A stretch of DNA of 64,000 nt. It comes from a phage. The position numbers were made by a program, and so were the translations under genes. Shown one piece after another: positions 16,406-25,505 of the stretch. Numbering within the stretch: the stretch's first letter is position 1; each line of letters begins with the position of its first letter. Below the pieces are notes generated by a model. It saw only the letters and a program-made list of their open reading frames with translations, had not been told where the DNA came from and did not search any database. Location of the stretch: sequence record OR896157.1, one strand, 5' to 3'.

Positions 16406-16902
16406 CAGATACTTACCACAGTAATAGCTTCAGGAGCTTTAGGAATAACGATATCTTCTTCAATGTAGAAGAGCTTAAATGTTTCAGCTACACGCATAAA
16501 GTCAATATCATAACCGACTGGAGTTCCAATCAATTCTTGAATCTTATCCATCACTTTATACTGAACTTGATAGAAATCTTCAAGACGAGCATCGAATTCA
16601 TCTTCAGTATAATCACCTTCTGGGATTACAAAGCCAAGCACTTCTGAACAGAACTCTGGAGTGATTTCTTCATTTTCAACACAGTATTCAAAGAAAGCAT
16701 CACCGGAATAATCTTCATTACCCATTCCATTAGGGTCTGAATTATCAGATGCAAAACATTTAGCAACGGCACACCAACCTGAAACGTGTCTAGCATTTAC
16801 AGCATAAATCACATTCTCTTGATAATCATCGCCATCGTTTTCCCATGATACACATGATACTGCATAACCTTTAGGGATAGTTTGACCAAAGCGGAGTTCC
16901 AT
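16405..16902 (-). CDS. hypothetical strongly acidic protein
   Basis: 165 aa, about 23 percent Asp+Glu. Confidence 0.45.
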   Translation of the reverse strand: MELRFGQTIPKGYAVSCVSWENDGDDYQENVIYAVNARHVSGWCAVAKCFASDNSDPNGMGNEDYSGDAFFEYCVENEEITPEFCSEVLGFVIPEGDYTEDEFDARLEDFYQVQYKVMDKIQELIGTPVGYDIDFMRVAETFKLFYIEEDIVIPKAPEAITVVSI

Positions 16903-16912
16903 AATATTTCCT

Positions 16913-17287
16913 TCAATTAAATGGTGGAAGAGATTTCTTATATAAATCTATCATCATTCGCCATTTAGCAATTACTTTAGAATACGGAGATTTATGAGAG
17001 AATTGCGAAATGTCAGAATAATCAAGTTCAGGCAGTGGAGTTAAATGACCCATCAGCTCACGAGGAAATTGATGAAAACAATTCATCAAATCTTTGTAAA
17101 CATAATCAAGTAAGTCTTTAACATCAAAGAATTGGGTATTTAGTCCTTCTTTGGAATAACGATATTTCAAAAATTTCCAATGACCGGACTTAGAATCTTG
17201 AGTAAACGCGTAATCACTATGAAGCATGATATCGCGAACAAAATCTTCAGAAAAGAAGATGGAGTGAGTGCAACCATAATAAATCAT
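16913..17287 (-). CDS. hypothetical protein
   Basis: ORF 16913..17335 trimmed to MIYYGC because its 5' extension overlaps a tRNA. Confidence 0.4.
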   Translation of the reverse strand: MIYYGCTHSIFFSEDFVRDIMLHSDYAFTQDSKSGHWKFLKYRYSKEGLNTQFFDVKDLLDYVYKDLMNCFHQFPRELMGHLTPLPELDYSDISQFSHKSPYSKVIAKWRMMIDLYKKSLPPFN

Positions 17288-17305
17288 AATATTTTCCTCA
17301 GAATT

Positions 17306-17382
17306 TGGTGACCCCAGCAGGACTCGAACCTGCAACCTAGCGATTATGAGTCGCGTGCTCTAACCAATTGAGCTATAGGGCC
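17306..17382 (-). tRNA. tRNA-Ile2-like (CAU)
   Basis: anticodon loop cuCAUaa; body very similar to E. coli tRNA-Ile(LAU) as recalled. Confidence 0.55.
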
Positions 17383-17409
17383 AAAGTCCTCCTAAGAGGA
17401 CCGAGGGTA

Positions 17410-17634
17410 TTATTCAACCATGAAATCTGCTACTTCATCAAAGTCGTTATTGATGACAACAGTAAATGGCAGAGCTTCATCACTTGTTTTGATAGTCAGC
17501 TTAACAAAACCATCAACAGTTTCAACCAAACCAACGATTTTATCTGAACGCACTACAGCACGAGCTACGTCAACAATTTTACCAGTCATTGCAAATGTAG
17601 CGATTTGGTTAACTTCAACAACGATACGTTTCAT
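17410..17634 (-). CDS. hypothetical protein
   Basis: 74-aa ORF. Confidence 0.4.
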   Translation of the reverse strand: MKRIVVEVNQIATFAMTGKIVDVARAVVRSDKIVGLVETVDGFVKLTIKTSDEALPFTVVINNDFDEVADFMVE

Positions 17635-17695
17635 TCTTTTTCCTTAGTGGTTTTGATAAGGTAATTATATACTGAATTTTTAAAGCGTTTTCACT

Positions 17696-17730
17696 AAAAA
17701 GCCCCGTAACAGATTTCTCTGCTCGGGGCG
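17696..17730 (-). terminator. terminator-like hairpin plus U-run after tRNA sub-cluster
   Basis: gccccg...cggggc stem followed by uuuuu on minus strand. Confidence 0.4.
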
Positions 17731-17735
17731 TCATT

Positions 17736-17810
17736 TGGTGGGAAGTGTTGGAATCGAACCAACCTCTCATGCTCTTCAGGCACGCGCTAATCCATCTCAG
17801 CTAACTTCCC
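17736..17810 (-). tRNA. tRNA-Phe(GAA)
   Basis: anticodon stem cgugc/gcaug, loop cuGAAga. Confidence 0.6.
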
Positions 17811-17813
17811 GAT

Positions 17814-17890
17814 TGGTCGGTGCGGCAGGATTTGAACCTGCGACCCCTTGGTCCCAAACCAAGTGCTCTACCAAACTGAGCTACACACCG
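17814..17890 (-). tRNA. tRNA-Pro(UGG)
   Basis: anticodon stem cuugg/ccaag, loop uuUGGga. Confidence 0.65.
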
Positions 17891-17896
17891 TTAATT

Positions 17897-17971
17897 TGGA
17901 GCATCCAGAGAGAATCGAACTCTCATCTACTGGGTGGAAGCCAGTCATAATAGCCGCTATACGATGGATGC
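17897..17971 (-). tRNA. tRNA-Gly(UCC)
   Basis: anticodon loop cuUCCac. Confidence 0.6.
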
Positions 17972-17976
17972 AATTT

Positions 17977-18070
17977 GTACGGAACGCCTGGATTCGAACC
18001 AGGTTAAATTGCGATTGACGTCACAATTTATCTTATGAAGGCCATGCCTCTACCATATCCGAACGTTCCG
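17977..18070 (-). tRNA. tRNA-like element, anticodon unresolved (possible pseudo-tRNA)
   Basis: good acceptor cggaacg/cguuccg and T-arm ccugg-UUCGAAU-ccagg, but no clean anticodon stem; contains uuCAUaa and an 8-bp extra hairpin. Confidence 0.35.
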
Positions 18071-18121
18071 TCAAAAACGCTACTCGGCTTACGGCTTAGG
18101 CAATTCCTCGAACCGATAATT

Positions 18122-18195
18122 TGGCAGGCCCCGTAGGAATCGAACCCACGTCACTGAGGTTGGAGCTCAGGATAATACCACTATACGAGAGACCT
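18122..18195 (-). tRNA. tRNA-Trp(CCA)
   Basis: anticodon stem cugag/cucag, loop cuCCAac. Confidence 0.6.
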
Positions 18196-18199
18196 AAAA

Positions 18200-18293
18200 T
18201 GGAGGAAGCGGTGGGATTCGAACCCACGGACCGTATCACTACGGCCTCCGCATTTCAAGTGCGGTGCAATTAACCAGACTCTGCCACGCTTCC
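18200..18293 (-). tRNA. tRNA-Ser(UGA), class II
   Basis: 94 nt, anticodon stem ccgca/ugcgg, loop cuUGAaa, long variable arm. Confidence 0.65.
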
Positions 18294-18297
18294 GAAT

Positions 18298-18373
18298 TGG
18301 GGTGACCGATGGGAGTTGAACCCATGACTACGAGAATCACAATCTCGAGTTCTACCAACTGAACTACGGCCAC
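18298..18373 (-). tRNA. tRNA-His(GUG)
   Basis: anticodon stem cgaga/ucucg, loop uuGUGau. Confidence 0.6.
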
Positions 18374-18587
18374 ATCAATATTCACTCCAGCAATCATGAT
18401 GCCTTCACACGAAATTGAGAGAAGAGTGATCAGTTCAACCCTTGTAGACGCGTCAAGTAAATATTGATGTGACAGCTTATTTAAGAAGAGTGAGAGTCCC
18501 AGTCTTGTACGGAGTAACCATTTATGCATTGGCAGCTATCGCGCGGTTCGCACTTCCGATAAATGGACTTACCGTTACACTCTAATT

Positions 18588-18662
18588 TGGCTGGACTATC
18601 TGGATTCGAACCAGAGATACCGGAGTCAAAGGCCGGTGACTTAACCGCTTGTCTATAGTCCA
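18588..18662 (-). tRNA. tRNA-Gln(UUG)
   Basis: anticodon loop cuUUGac, one C-U mismatch at base of anticodon stem. Confidence 0.55.
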
Positions 18663-18668
18663 ATTGTT

Positions 18669-18743
18669 TGGAGGCGGGTGATGGACTCGAACCATCGCGT
18701 AACGGGATATGAACCCGTCATTCTACCAACTGAAGTTAACCCG
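18669..18743 (-). tRNA. initiator-like tRNA-Met(CAU)
   Basis: loop uuCAUau, GGG/CCC at bottom of anticodon stem, unpaired 1:72. Confidence 0.5.
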
Positions 18744-18898
18744 CATCTATCCGGATTCTTGAAGTACTAACAAGTAGCTTGATGTAGAACACGCTAAAGA
18801 TATAATCTTACGAATATAGAGCTTATTCCGTGGGAACAAACAGCTTCGTCCTCGGCATTATCTTACAGGACTCTGACTTATCTTCAAGAACTGCCTCG

Positions 18899-19363
18899 TT
18901 ATTTTATGAACTTATTTATGAATCGTCTAGCTTGAGTATGACTGACTCCAAGTTCATTTGCAAATTTTACTAATGCACCACGTTTTGTGAAATCAATAGA
19001 ATTATATAAATCTATTCTTAAAGCAATTTCATCTGCAGTGAATTTATGAGCATGATTTTCTGATATTTTTATTTTTGTTTCATCAGAATGATTATGTCCA
19101 GTAAAACCAGTAGATACGATTCTTCCATTTGCGCCAGCGTCTTTAGCATTTTGCGCATTAGTTGCGCAATAAATGTTATCCAAAGAATATGGTCCAACAT
19201 CTCCTTTACGACACATACAATAATTATCTGAGGCTCTACCGCGCAAATGATATTTGCCAGTAGCTTTCCACCATGATAGCCATTCATCAAATGTCAGTTT
19301 AAATTCAATACCTCTTGATTTAGCATGCACTTTTTGCATGCGATACTTTTCATAATCTTTCAT
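18899..19363 (-). CDS. homing endonuclease-like protein
   Basis: GHNHSDETKIKIS (NUMOD3-like) and C-terminal helix-turn-helix ELGVSHTQARRFINK; embedded in tRNA cluster. Confidence 0.5.
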   Translation of the reverse strand: MKDYEKYRMQKVHAKSRGIEFKLTFDEWLSWWKATGKYHLRGRASDNYCMCRKGDVGPYSLDNIYCATNAQNAKDAGANGRIVSTGFTGHNHSDETKIKISENHAHKFTADEIALRIDLYNSIDFTKRGALVKFANELGVSHTQARRFINKFIK

Positions 19364-19377
19364 ATTACTCTCATATT

Positions 19378-19454
19378 TGGCAGTGCTGACGGGTTTCGAA
19401 CCCGCGATCTCTCCCGTGACAGGGGAGTGTCTTGACCATCTCGACTACAGCACT
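19378..19454 (-). tRNA. tRNA-Asp(GUC)
   Basis: anticodon stem cuccc/gggag, loop cuGUCac. Confidence 0.6.
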
Positions 19455-19699
19455 ATAAATTTACTTTCGTGAGTATGGGATTACCCTCAAGCCTTCCGGA
19501 AAGCTGAATAGGCGTTATTGGCTCTCATATACCCGTGCACAGATATAATCTTCATTAACGCAATAACTTCATCAATATACTCCGAAAGTAAACTTTCGGC
19601 GCCGTATTTAATTTTGACTGTGTAGTTATCGTTGAGGGAACTCACAGACAGGGATTAAAGTGCCGACGACTTATCAGAACGTCTTCTGACTTCTACATT

Positions 19700-19784
19700 T
19701 GGCGGGCCGTGCAGGTATCGAACCTGCCTAGTCATTTCTGACACGGATTAACAGTCCGTCGCTTACCCTCTCAGCCAACGACCC
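19700..19784 (-). tRNA. tRNA with GUU anticodon (Asn) but class-II architecture
   Basis: anticodon arm acgga-cuGUUaa-uccgu, discriminator G, 3-bp D-stem, 15-nt variable arm guca-gaaa-ugac. Confidence 0.5.
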
Positions 19785-19789
19785 AAATT

Positions 19790-19864
19790 TGGTTCTCCGT
19801 AAGAGAATTGAACTCTTCTTTCCGACGTGAAAGGCCGGCGTCCTAACCGATAGACGAACGGAGA
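19790..19864 (-). tRNA. tRNA-Glu(UUC)
   Basis: anticodon loop cuUUCac. Confidence 0.55.
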
Positions 19865-19865
19865 T

Positions 19866-19943
19866 TGGTAGGACGTGAGGGAGTTGAACCCATCGACATT
19901 CCGATTAAAAGTCGGATGCTCTAACCAACTGAGCTAACGTCCT
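19866..19943 (-). tRNA. tRNA-Lys(UUU)
   Basis: anticodon stem uccga/ucgga, loop cuUUUaa. Confidence 0.6.
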
Positions 19944-19981
19944 GTAGATATTTATAATAACAAAAATATCTTTAAGCAAAT

Positions 19982-20057
19982 TGGTGGGAATAACTGGGCT
20001 CGAACCAGTGACCTAACGATTATCGGTCGTTTGCTCTACCAACTGAGCTATATTCCC
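19982..20057 (-). tRNA. tRNA-Ile(GAU)
   Basis: anticodon stem aacga/ucguu, loop ccGAUaa. Confidence 0.55.
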
Positions 20058-20063
20058 TGAATT

Positions 20064-20151
20064 TGGTGGGGAGTGATGGAGTCGAACCACCCGAGTCGCA
20101 ATGACAACAGATTTACAGTCTGCACCGCTACCTCTACGGAATTAACTCCCC
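20064..20151 (-). tRNA. tRNA-Tyr(GUA), class II
   Basis: 88 nt, loop cuGUAaa, discriminator A, long variable arm. Confidence 0.6.
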
Positions 20152-20156
20152 GAAAT

Positions 20157-20516
20157 TTATTTAAGAACTGTTGAGTTCATCGATTTAACCAAGAAAACTT
20201 GGTGCGGTGAACGAAGTGAACCTTCAATAGTGCGATGTTCTGGAAAATTGGTTGAAGTCTGAAAACCAGCTACACGGTAACCTTGCTCAGTCCATCCTAA
20301 AAGGATACCAACCATACAGCCAGAATATTTTCCGCTTTTATCCAAAGCTACAATATCACCAGGAGCAATTTCATTACCCATTGAATCAGGCTTAATCCAT
20401 TGTGGAGTAACCAGTTCTATAGGTATATTTATACCGCTTGAAAAGCTGTAATATTCGTCTGAACGTAAGCCCTGAATGCTTTTAAAGACTTTATGCCAAG
20501 TTTTGCTGATGCTCAT
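20157..20516 (-). CDS. hypothetical protein
   Basis: 119-aa ORF. Confidence 0.45.
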   Translation of the reverse strand: MSISKTWHKVFKSIQGLRSDEYYSFSSGINIPIELVTPQWIKPDSMGNEIAPGDIVALDKSGKYSGCMVGILLGWTEQGYRVAGFQTSTNFPEHRTIEGSLRSPHQVFLVKSMNSTVLK

Positions 20517-20742
20517 AATGTTCTCTCGCAGTGTTTTGGTGAATCAACGATAATTCATCGAAGATTGACTTCATTGCATTTTTCACAAAAATTTTTTCAG
20601 AAGGCTCCATCGACGTATTGTTGATGATTCTCGCCATTCGTTCTTTAAGCTTCTTTTTCCGATTCCGGACCGTCTCCTTGGAAGCGGTCCTCATGTGAGC
20701 AAGATTAGTCATCATGTTCCGTCGATAGATTAATAATATCAA
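20491..20742 (-). CDS. hypothetical protein
   Basis: 83-aa basic ORF. Confidence 0.4.
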   Translation of the reverse strand: MILLIYRRNMMTNLAHMRTASKETVRNRKKKLKERMARIINNTSMEPSEKIFVKNAMKSIFDELSLIHQNTAREHYEHQQNLA

Positions 20743-20758
20743 GTAACTCTTTAAGCAT

Positions 20759-20956
20759 TTAACCGCGTTTATACGCGTGATGAATCAAAATACCAAGTAC
20801 ACCACAAGAAACTATAACGCTTTTAATAACAGTTAAAACAACGCCAGTAGCAACGCCGATAAGAATCCAGTCAAACTTATTCATCGGAGAATCGACATCA
20901 TAAGTTTTCTTAACCCATGCTTTAGCTTTGGTGTACAGTTCTTTAATTTGGTTCAT
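20759..20956 (-). CDS. hypothetical membrane protein
   Basis: hydrophobic; start trimmed to MNQIKELY. Confidence 0.4.
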   Translation of the reverse strand: MNQIKELYTKAKAWVKKTYDVDSPMNKFDWILIGVATGVVLTVIKSVIVSCGVLGILIHHAYKRG

Positions 20957-21122
20957 TTGCAATTTTATCCATAACGAATGAAATGATACCAGCAACGAGT
21001 GTAAGTACTACGCTACTGATGAGTTCAGAATTTGAAAGGAACGGCCATCCGAAGATTGAAGTTCCAAGTGCTCCCAGGGTTACTACAGTAAAGATGTTTC
21101 CGATGATTTCGCAACGTTTCAT
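20943..21122 (-). CDS. small hydrophobic peptide
   Basis: hand-translated MKRCEIIGNIFTVVTLGALGTSIFGWPFLSNSELISSVVLTLVAGIISFVMDKIANEPN; ATG behind AGGAG RBS of cassette copy B. Confidence 0.3.
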   Translation of the reverse strand: MKRCEIIGNIFTVVTLGALGTSIFGWPFLSNSELISSVVLTLVAGIISFVMDKIANEPN

Positions 21123-21180
21123 TTTTAATCTCCTTGTGTTGATAGGGCTATAGTATCATAGCCCTCAAGGAAAGTAAACG
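21113..21180 (-). promoter_or_regulatory. conserved ~60-bp cassette, copy B (hairpin plus RBS)
   Basis: near-identical to 3921..3980. Confidence 0.5.
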
Positions 21181-21187
21181 GCTAAAA

Positions 21188-22198
<1,011 letters not shown>

Positions 22199-22202
<4 letters not shown>

Positions 22203-22927
22203 TTAATTACCTTTTCAATTTTAGAATAGAGGTCCTCTAAAGAACCATCGTTTGTTATTACAATATCACCGTCTCTGATTGGTAAACCAGCTTCAGTGAT
22301 GTGAGTATCTTGTGAACTTTCACTATCTGGACGAACTACATGAATTACTGTAGCACCCATCGCCCGAGCAGCATCGAGTTCATGGTCCTGACGAGTATCT
22401 GGAACAATGTAAAAATCCAGGTCGTCGTGGAAGCTATCGACATAATCAATAGCGAATAACTTCAACCAATACATGCGGTCAACCATGTTGCAGAAAATAT
22501 CAGTCCCAAGGGTCTGCATGAGACGACGTACTGTCCATGGTTTGGTATTTTTATTTATTAGGGCTTCAATCTTGGTATTTCCACTGAATGAAAAATCACC
22601 ATTGTCATGAATGAAGAACCCGTTTTCTCTTTTTCCAGCTTTTAATTTTCTGTCCAAAAGACGATAAACACACCGTTTCATGTAATCGATGACGTCTTTG
22701 TTATTCAGCAACAGAATCTGTTCGCGGTCATAACCTTTACCTTCAAAATCAAGGCGGTTCAAAGATACACCAGTTTTTTGGGTCAAATCTGGATTCCAGC
22801 AATCAGCTAATGTATCTTTAATTGGACCAGCAAGCTGGAACTTTTTAGTTTTGTAGTTATTCGCAAGATAGTCAGCGGTGGTATCTTTACCTGACCGTTT
22901 CTTACCTATGATGAAAATAAGTTTCAT
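22199..22927 (-). CDS. 1: dNMP kinase
   Basis: 242 aa, P-loop GKKRSGKDT, position. Confidence 0.8.
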
Positions 22928-22928
22928 A

Positions 22929-23519
22929 TTACCTCATAGAAGGATGCATTCCAACAGATGAACGAGACTGAGCAGCCTGTTCGATATTTTGTTTACCTAC
23001 TATGATTTTACCATCTTTTTCTATTTGCAAATACTTGAATGGGAACATTGCAGTGCAAATAACAGCTGGGTCAGTATCTTCAGTATAGCTGAATTCTACT
23101 TCGCCTAAATCAGAACACCAAGCTCCATAATAATGAAAACTCATTACAATTTTCTTCTTGGAGTTATCAAGCATATGCACAGAAACATGAGGTGGAACGA
23201 ATCCGGGTTTCCACGCTTGAGAGTTAAAATCTACGTAGTTGTTAATCGAAAGCATCCATTGATACATCTGAAGCCAAGAGTTTAGGTCTTCATCGACTAA
23301 AAAGCGTATGACCAGTGGGTCATGCTCAAAAGTTGAGCCTGGCAGTTGAGAACGTGCTAGACCACCTTGTCCAGATGGAGTTTCAGTGATAGGGATGCGT
23401 ATACCTGGTATATTAGCTGATTGCACGTTAAGCGTAAAAGCTTTTGTCAATCCAGCATCAGGAATATCTACTATAAAGTTAGTAATATTCGTTTGGTTAA
23501 AAAGTTGATTGGCGTCCAA
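22929..23519 (-). CDS. 3: gp3 tail completion / sheath stabiliser (by position)
   Basis: synteny 1-3-2-4. Confidence 0.55.
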   Translation of the reverse strand: MDANQLFNQTNITNFIVDIPDAGLTKAFTLNVQSANIPGIRIPITETPSGQGGLARSQLPGSTFEHDPLVIRFLVDEDLNSWLQMYQWMLSINNYVDFNSQAWKPGFVPPHVSVHMLDNSKKKIVMSFHYYGAWCSDLGEVEFSYTEDTDPAVICTAMFPFKYLQIEKDGKIIVGKQNIEQAAQSRSSVGMHPSMR

Positions 23520-23600
23520 TTCGCTTTCCTTCTGAAGTAGTTATAATGGTTTTGAGTTCTTCCGGAGCAATCAATATCAATCAATCCGGAAGAAGATGGA

Positions 23601-24443
23601 TTAAGATTTCCAAACAGCAGTAGCAGAATAACGTTTGCCTTTTGACATGAACTGTTGAGTTGGTAACATAACAACGTTAGCCCAGTCTGCTGGCTTAATT
23701 TCTACTAAACTTCCTTTGATATGACCAGGAAGATAAGCTTTAATCATCTTATCCGCGCCAGCGAAACCCTTAACTTGACTCCAATTAATCTTCAACTTAG
23801 TTTTGTTAGTAATAGTCGGAGTGTTAGCATATTGCTTTAGCAACTCTTCGAGAAACTGTTGTCGTGCTTTTGGTGGAATATAGTGCAAGTTCAAGCCATA
23901 CATCAACGTAGTTGAGCCTTGTTTACCCAATCCCAAATAAATAATCAATGGAAATCTATCCCAGAATGGAAGTGTGTCTTTATGTTTAGCATCATACATA
24001 TAAGCATAAAGTTTTCCTGGAGTAGGTTTTGATACCTGATGACCACGAATATTTTTCTTCATTGTCTCGTTGAACCAACGAGCTGACTTATTGTTAACAG
24101 CTGCGCCTTCGTTAGCAATCTTTTGACGAATGCTCTGACGGAAACTGTTAATCATCACAAGTTGTCTTTCTTGACGAGTAAGTTTCTTTGGATTCTTTCC
24201 TTCGAGTTTAGCAACTTGAACAGCTGTCTTAATTCTCGAAGAATATCTGCTCATAGCTTTTGTGAATGTAGCATATTTTATGCCTTTTTCTTCGGCAAAA
24301 GATTTGGCGGTGGCACCTTTCTTTTTCGCTTCAGCATATTCTACACCTATCTCTACCCATTTTCTTTCGTCTTTAGGGACTGTTCGAGCTATCGGTTGAG
24401 CACCTTCATTAAGCAATTCAAATATAGCCATTAGCCTTTCCAC
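23601..24443 (-). CDS. 2: gp2 DNA end protector (by position and size)
   Basis: 280 aa, basic, synteny. Confidence 0.65.
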   Translation of the reverse strand: MERLMAIFELLNEGAQPIARTVPKDERKWVEIGVEYAEAKKKGATAKSFAEEKGIKYATFTKAMSRYSSRIKTAVQVAKLEGKNPKKLTRQERQLVMINSFRQSIRQKIANEGAAVNNKSARWFNETMKKNIRGHQVSKPTPGKLYAYMYDAKHKDTLPFWDRFPLIIYLGLGKQGSTTLMYGLNLHYIPPKARQQFLEELLKQYANTPTITNKTKLKINWSQVKGFAGADKMIKAYLPGHIKGSLVEIKPADWANVVMLPTQQFMSKGKRYSATAVWKS

Positions 24444-24880
24444 CCTAATCTCTTCAGACCATCTTCTGTAAGCAATCTGAATTTGATGTTATTCTTTTCA
24501 GCAACCTTTTGAGCAGCTGTCCATTTATCCTGATTCACGCTCCACGTGTATATCTCATCGATATATCTTTTCTTTGCTGCTGTTGTAAGTTTAGCAGGCT
24601 TTGGAGGCGGTTGAGTCTCTTTCTTTGGTTTAACTTCAACAAAGAATTCTTGGCCATTTACATCTCTGAACCAAAAATCCATAAAGTATCTACGTTTTTT
24701 ACCATCCGCATTACAGAAATAAGGAATAACAACTTCTTCACTATTCCATTTAACTATTTCTGGATTTGCATCGAGCCATTTCATGAACCACGACTCCCAG
24801 GATGAGCGATATGTAATTTTACGAATATCACCCCTGTACTTTTCATGGTTCTTAGGCATGAATTTGCCGGAGTACGCCAT
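24431..24880 (-). CDS. 4: gp4 head completion protein
   Basis: 149 aa, divergent from gene 53, minus-strand TATAAATA upstream. Confidence 0.7.
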   Translation of the reverse strand: MAYSGKFMPKNHEKYRGDIRKITYRSSWESWFMKWLDANPEIVKWNSEEVVIPYFCNADGKKRRYFMDFWFRDVNGQEFFVEVKPKKETQPPPKPAKLTTAAKKRYIDEIYTWSVNQDKWTAAQKVAEKNNIKFRLLTEDGLKRLGWKG

Positions 24881-24908
24881 TTCATTTTCCTCTAATAAAT
24901 AATATTAC

Positions 24909-24916
24909 TATTTATA
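24909..24916 (-). promoter_or_regulatory. late promoter TATAAATA for gene 4
   Basis: exact motif on minus strand about 30 nt upstream of ATG. Confidence 0.5.
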
Positions 24917-24929
24917 AAGTGGAGGCTTT

Positions 24930-25505
24930 ATGTTATTCAGCTTTTTTGACCCTATTACATACACCGCTAAAACGGTTGATGAAAACGCTAAGCCTATTTC
25001 CATGACAGACATTTTCAGAAACTATAAAGCATACTTCAAAAGAGTTGCTGCTAACTATCGTCTGCGCACATATTATATCCAAGGTTCTCCACGACCTGAA
25101 GAGTTGTCTAACATCATTTATGGCAACCCTCAATTGTATTGGGTACTTCTGATGTGTAATGATAACTATGACCCTTACTACGGTTGGATTACAAGCCAAG
25201 AAGCGGCTTATAGAGCTTCTGAACAGAGATATGAAAATGCTGGTGGAAATCAGGTGTTGTACCATGTTGATGCTAAAGGAGAAAGATACTATAACTTAGT
25301 AGAATCTGAAACTAATCCAGGCACATGGTATGACAAAGGAGATACTCTTCAAGAACATCCTCAATATCAAGGTGCTTTAGCAGCTGTAGATGTTTATGAA
25401 GCAGCTATTCTTGAAAATGAAAAGAAACGTCAAATCAAAATTATTTCTCCTGCTGATATTGACACTTTTATTGCAGACTTAATCCGTGAGATGGAGATTG
25501 CATAA
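24930..25505 (+). CDS. 53: gp53 baseplate wedge protein
   Basis: 191 aa, immediately upstream of gene 5. Confidence 0.7.
   Translation: MLFSFFDPITYTAKTVDENAKPISMTDIFRNYKAYFKRVAANYRLRTYYIQGSPRPEELSNIIYGNPQLYWVLLMCNDNYDPYYGWITSQEAAYRASEQRYENAGGNQVLYHVDAKGERYYNLVESETNPGTWYDKGDTLQEHPQYQGALAAVDVYEAAILENEKKRQIKIISPADIDTFIADLIREMEIA

Noticed and set aside
18239-18663. Minus-strand ORFs 18239..18529 and 18481..18663
   Set aside because: Overlap tRNA-Ser, tRNA-His and tRNA-Gln genes on the same strand
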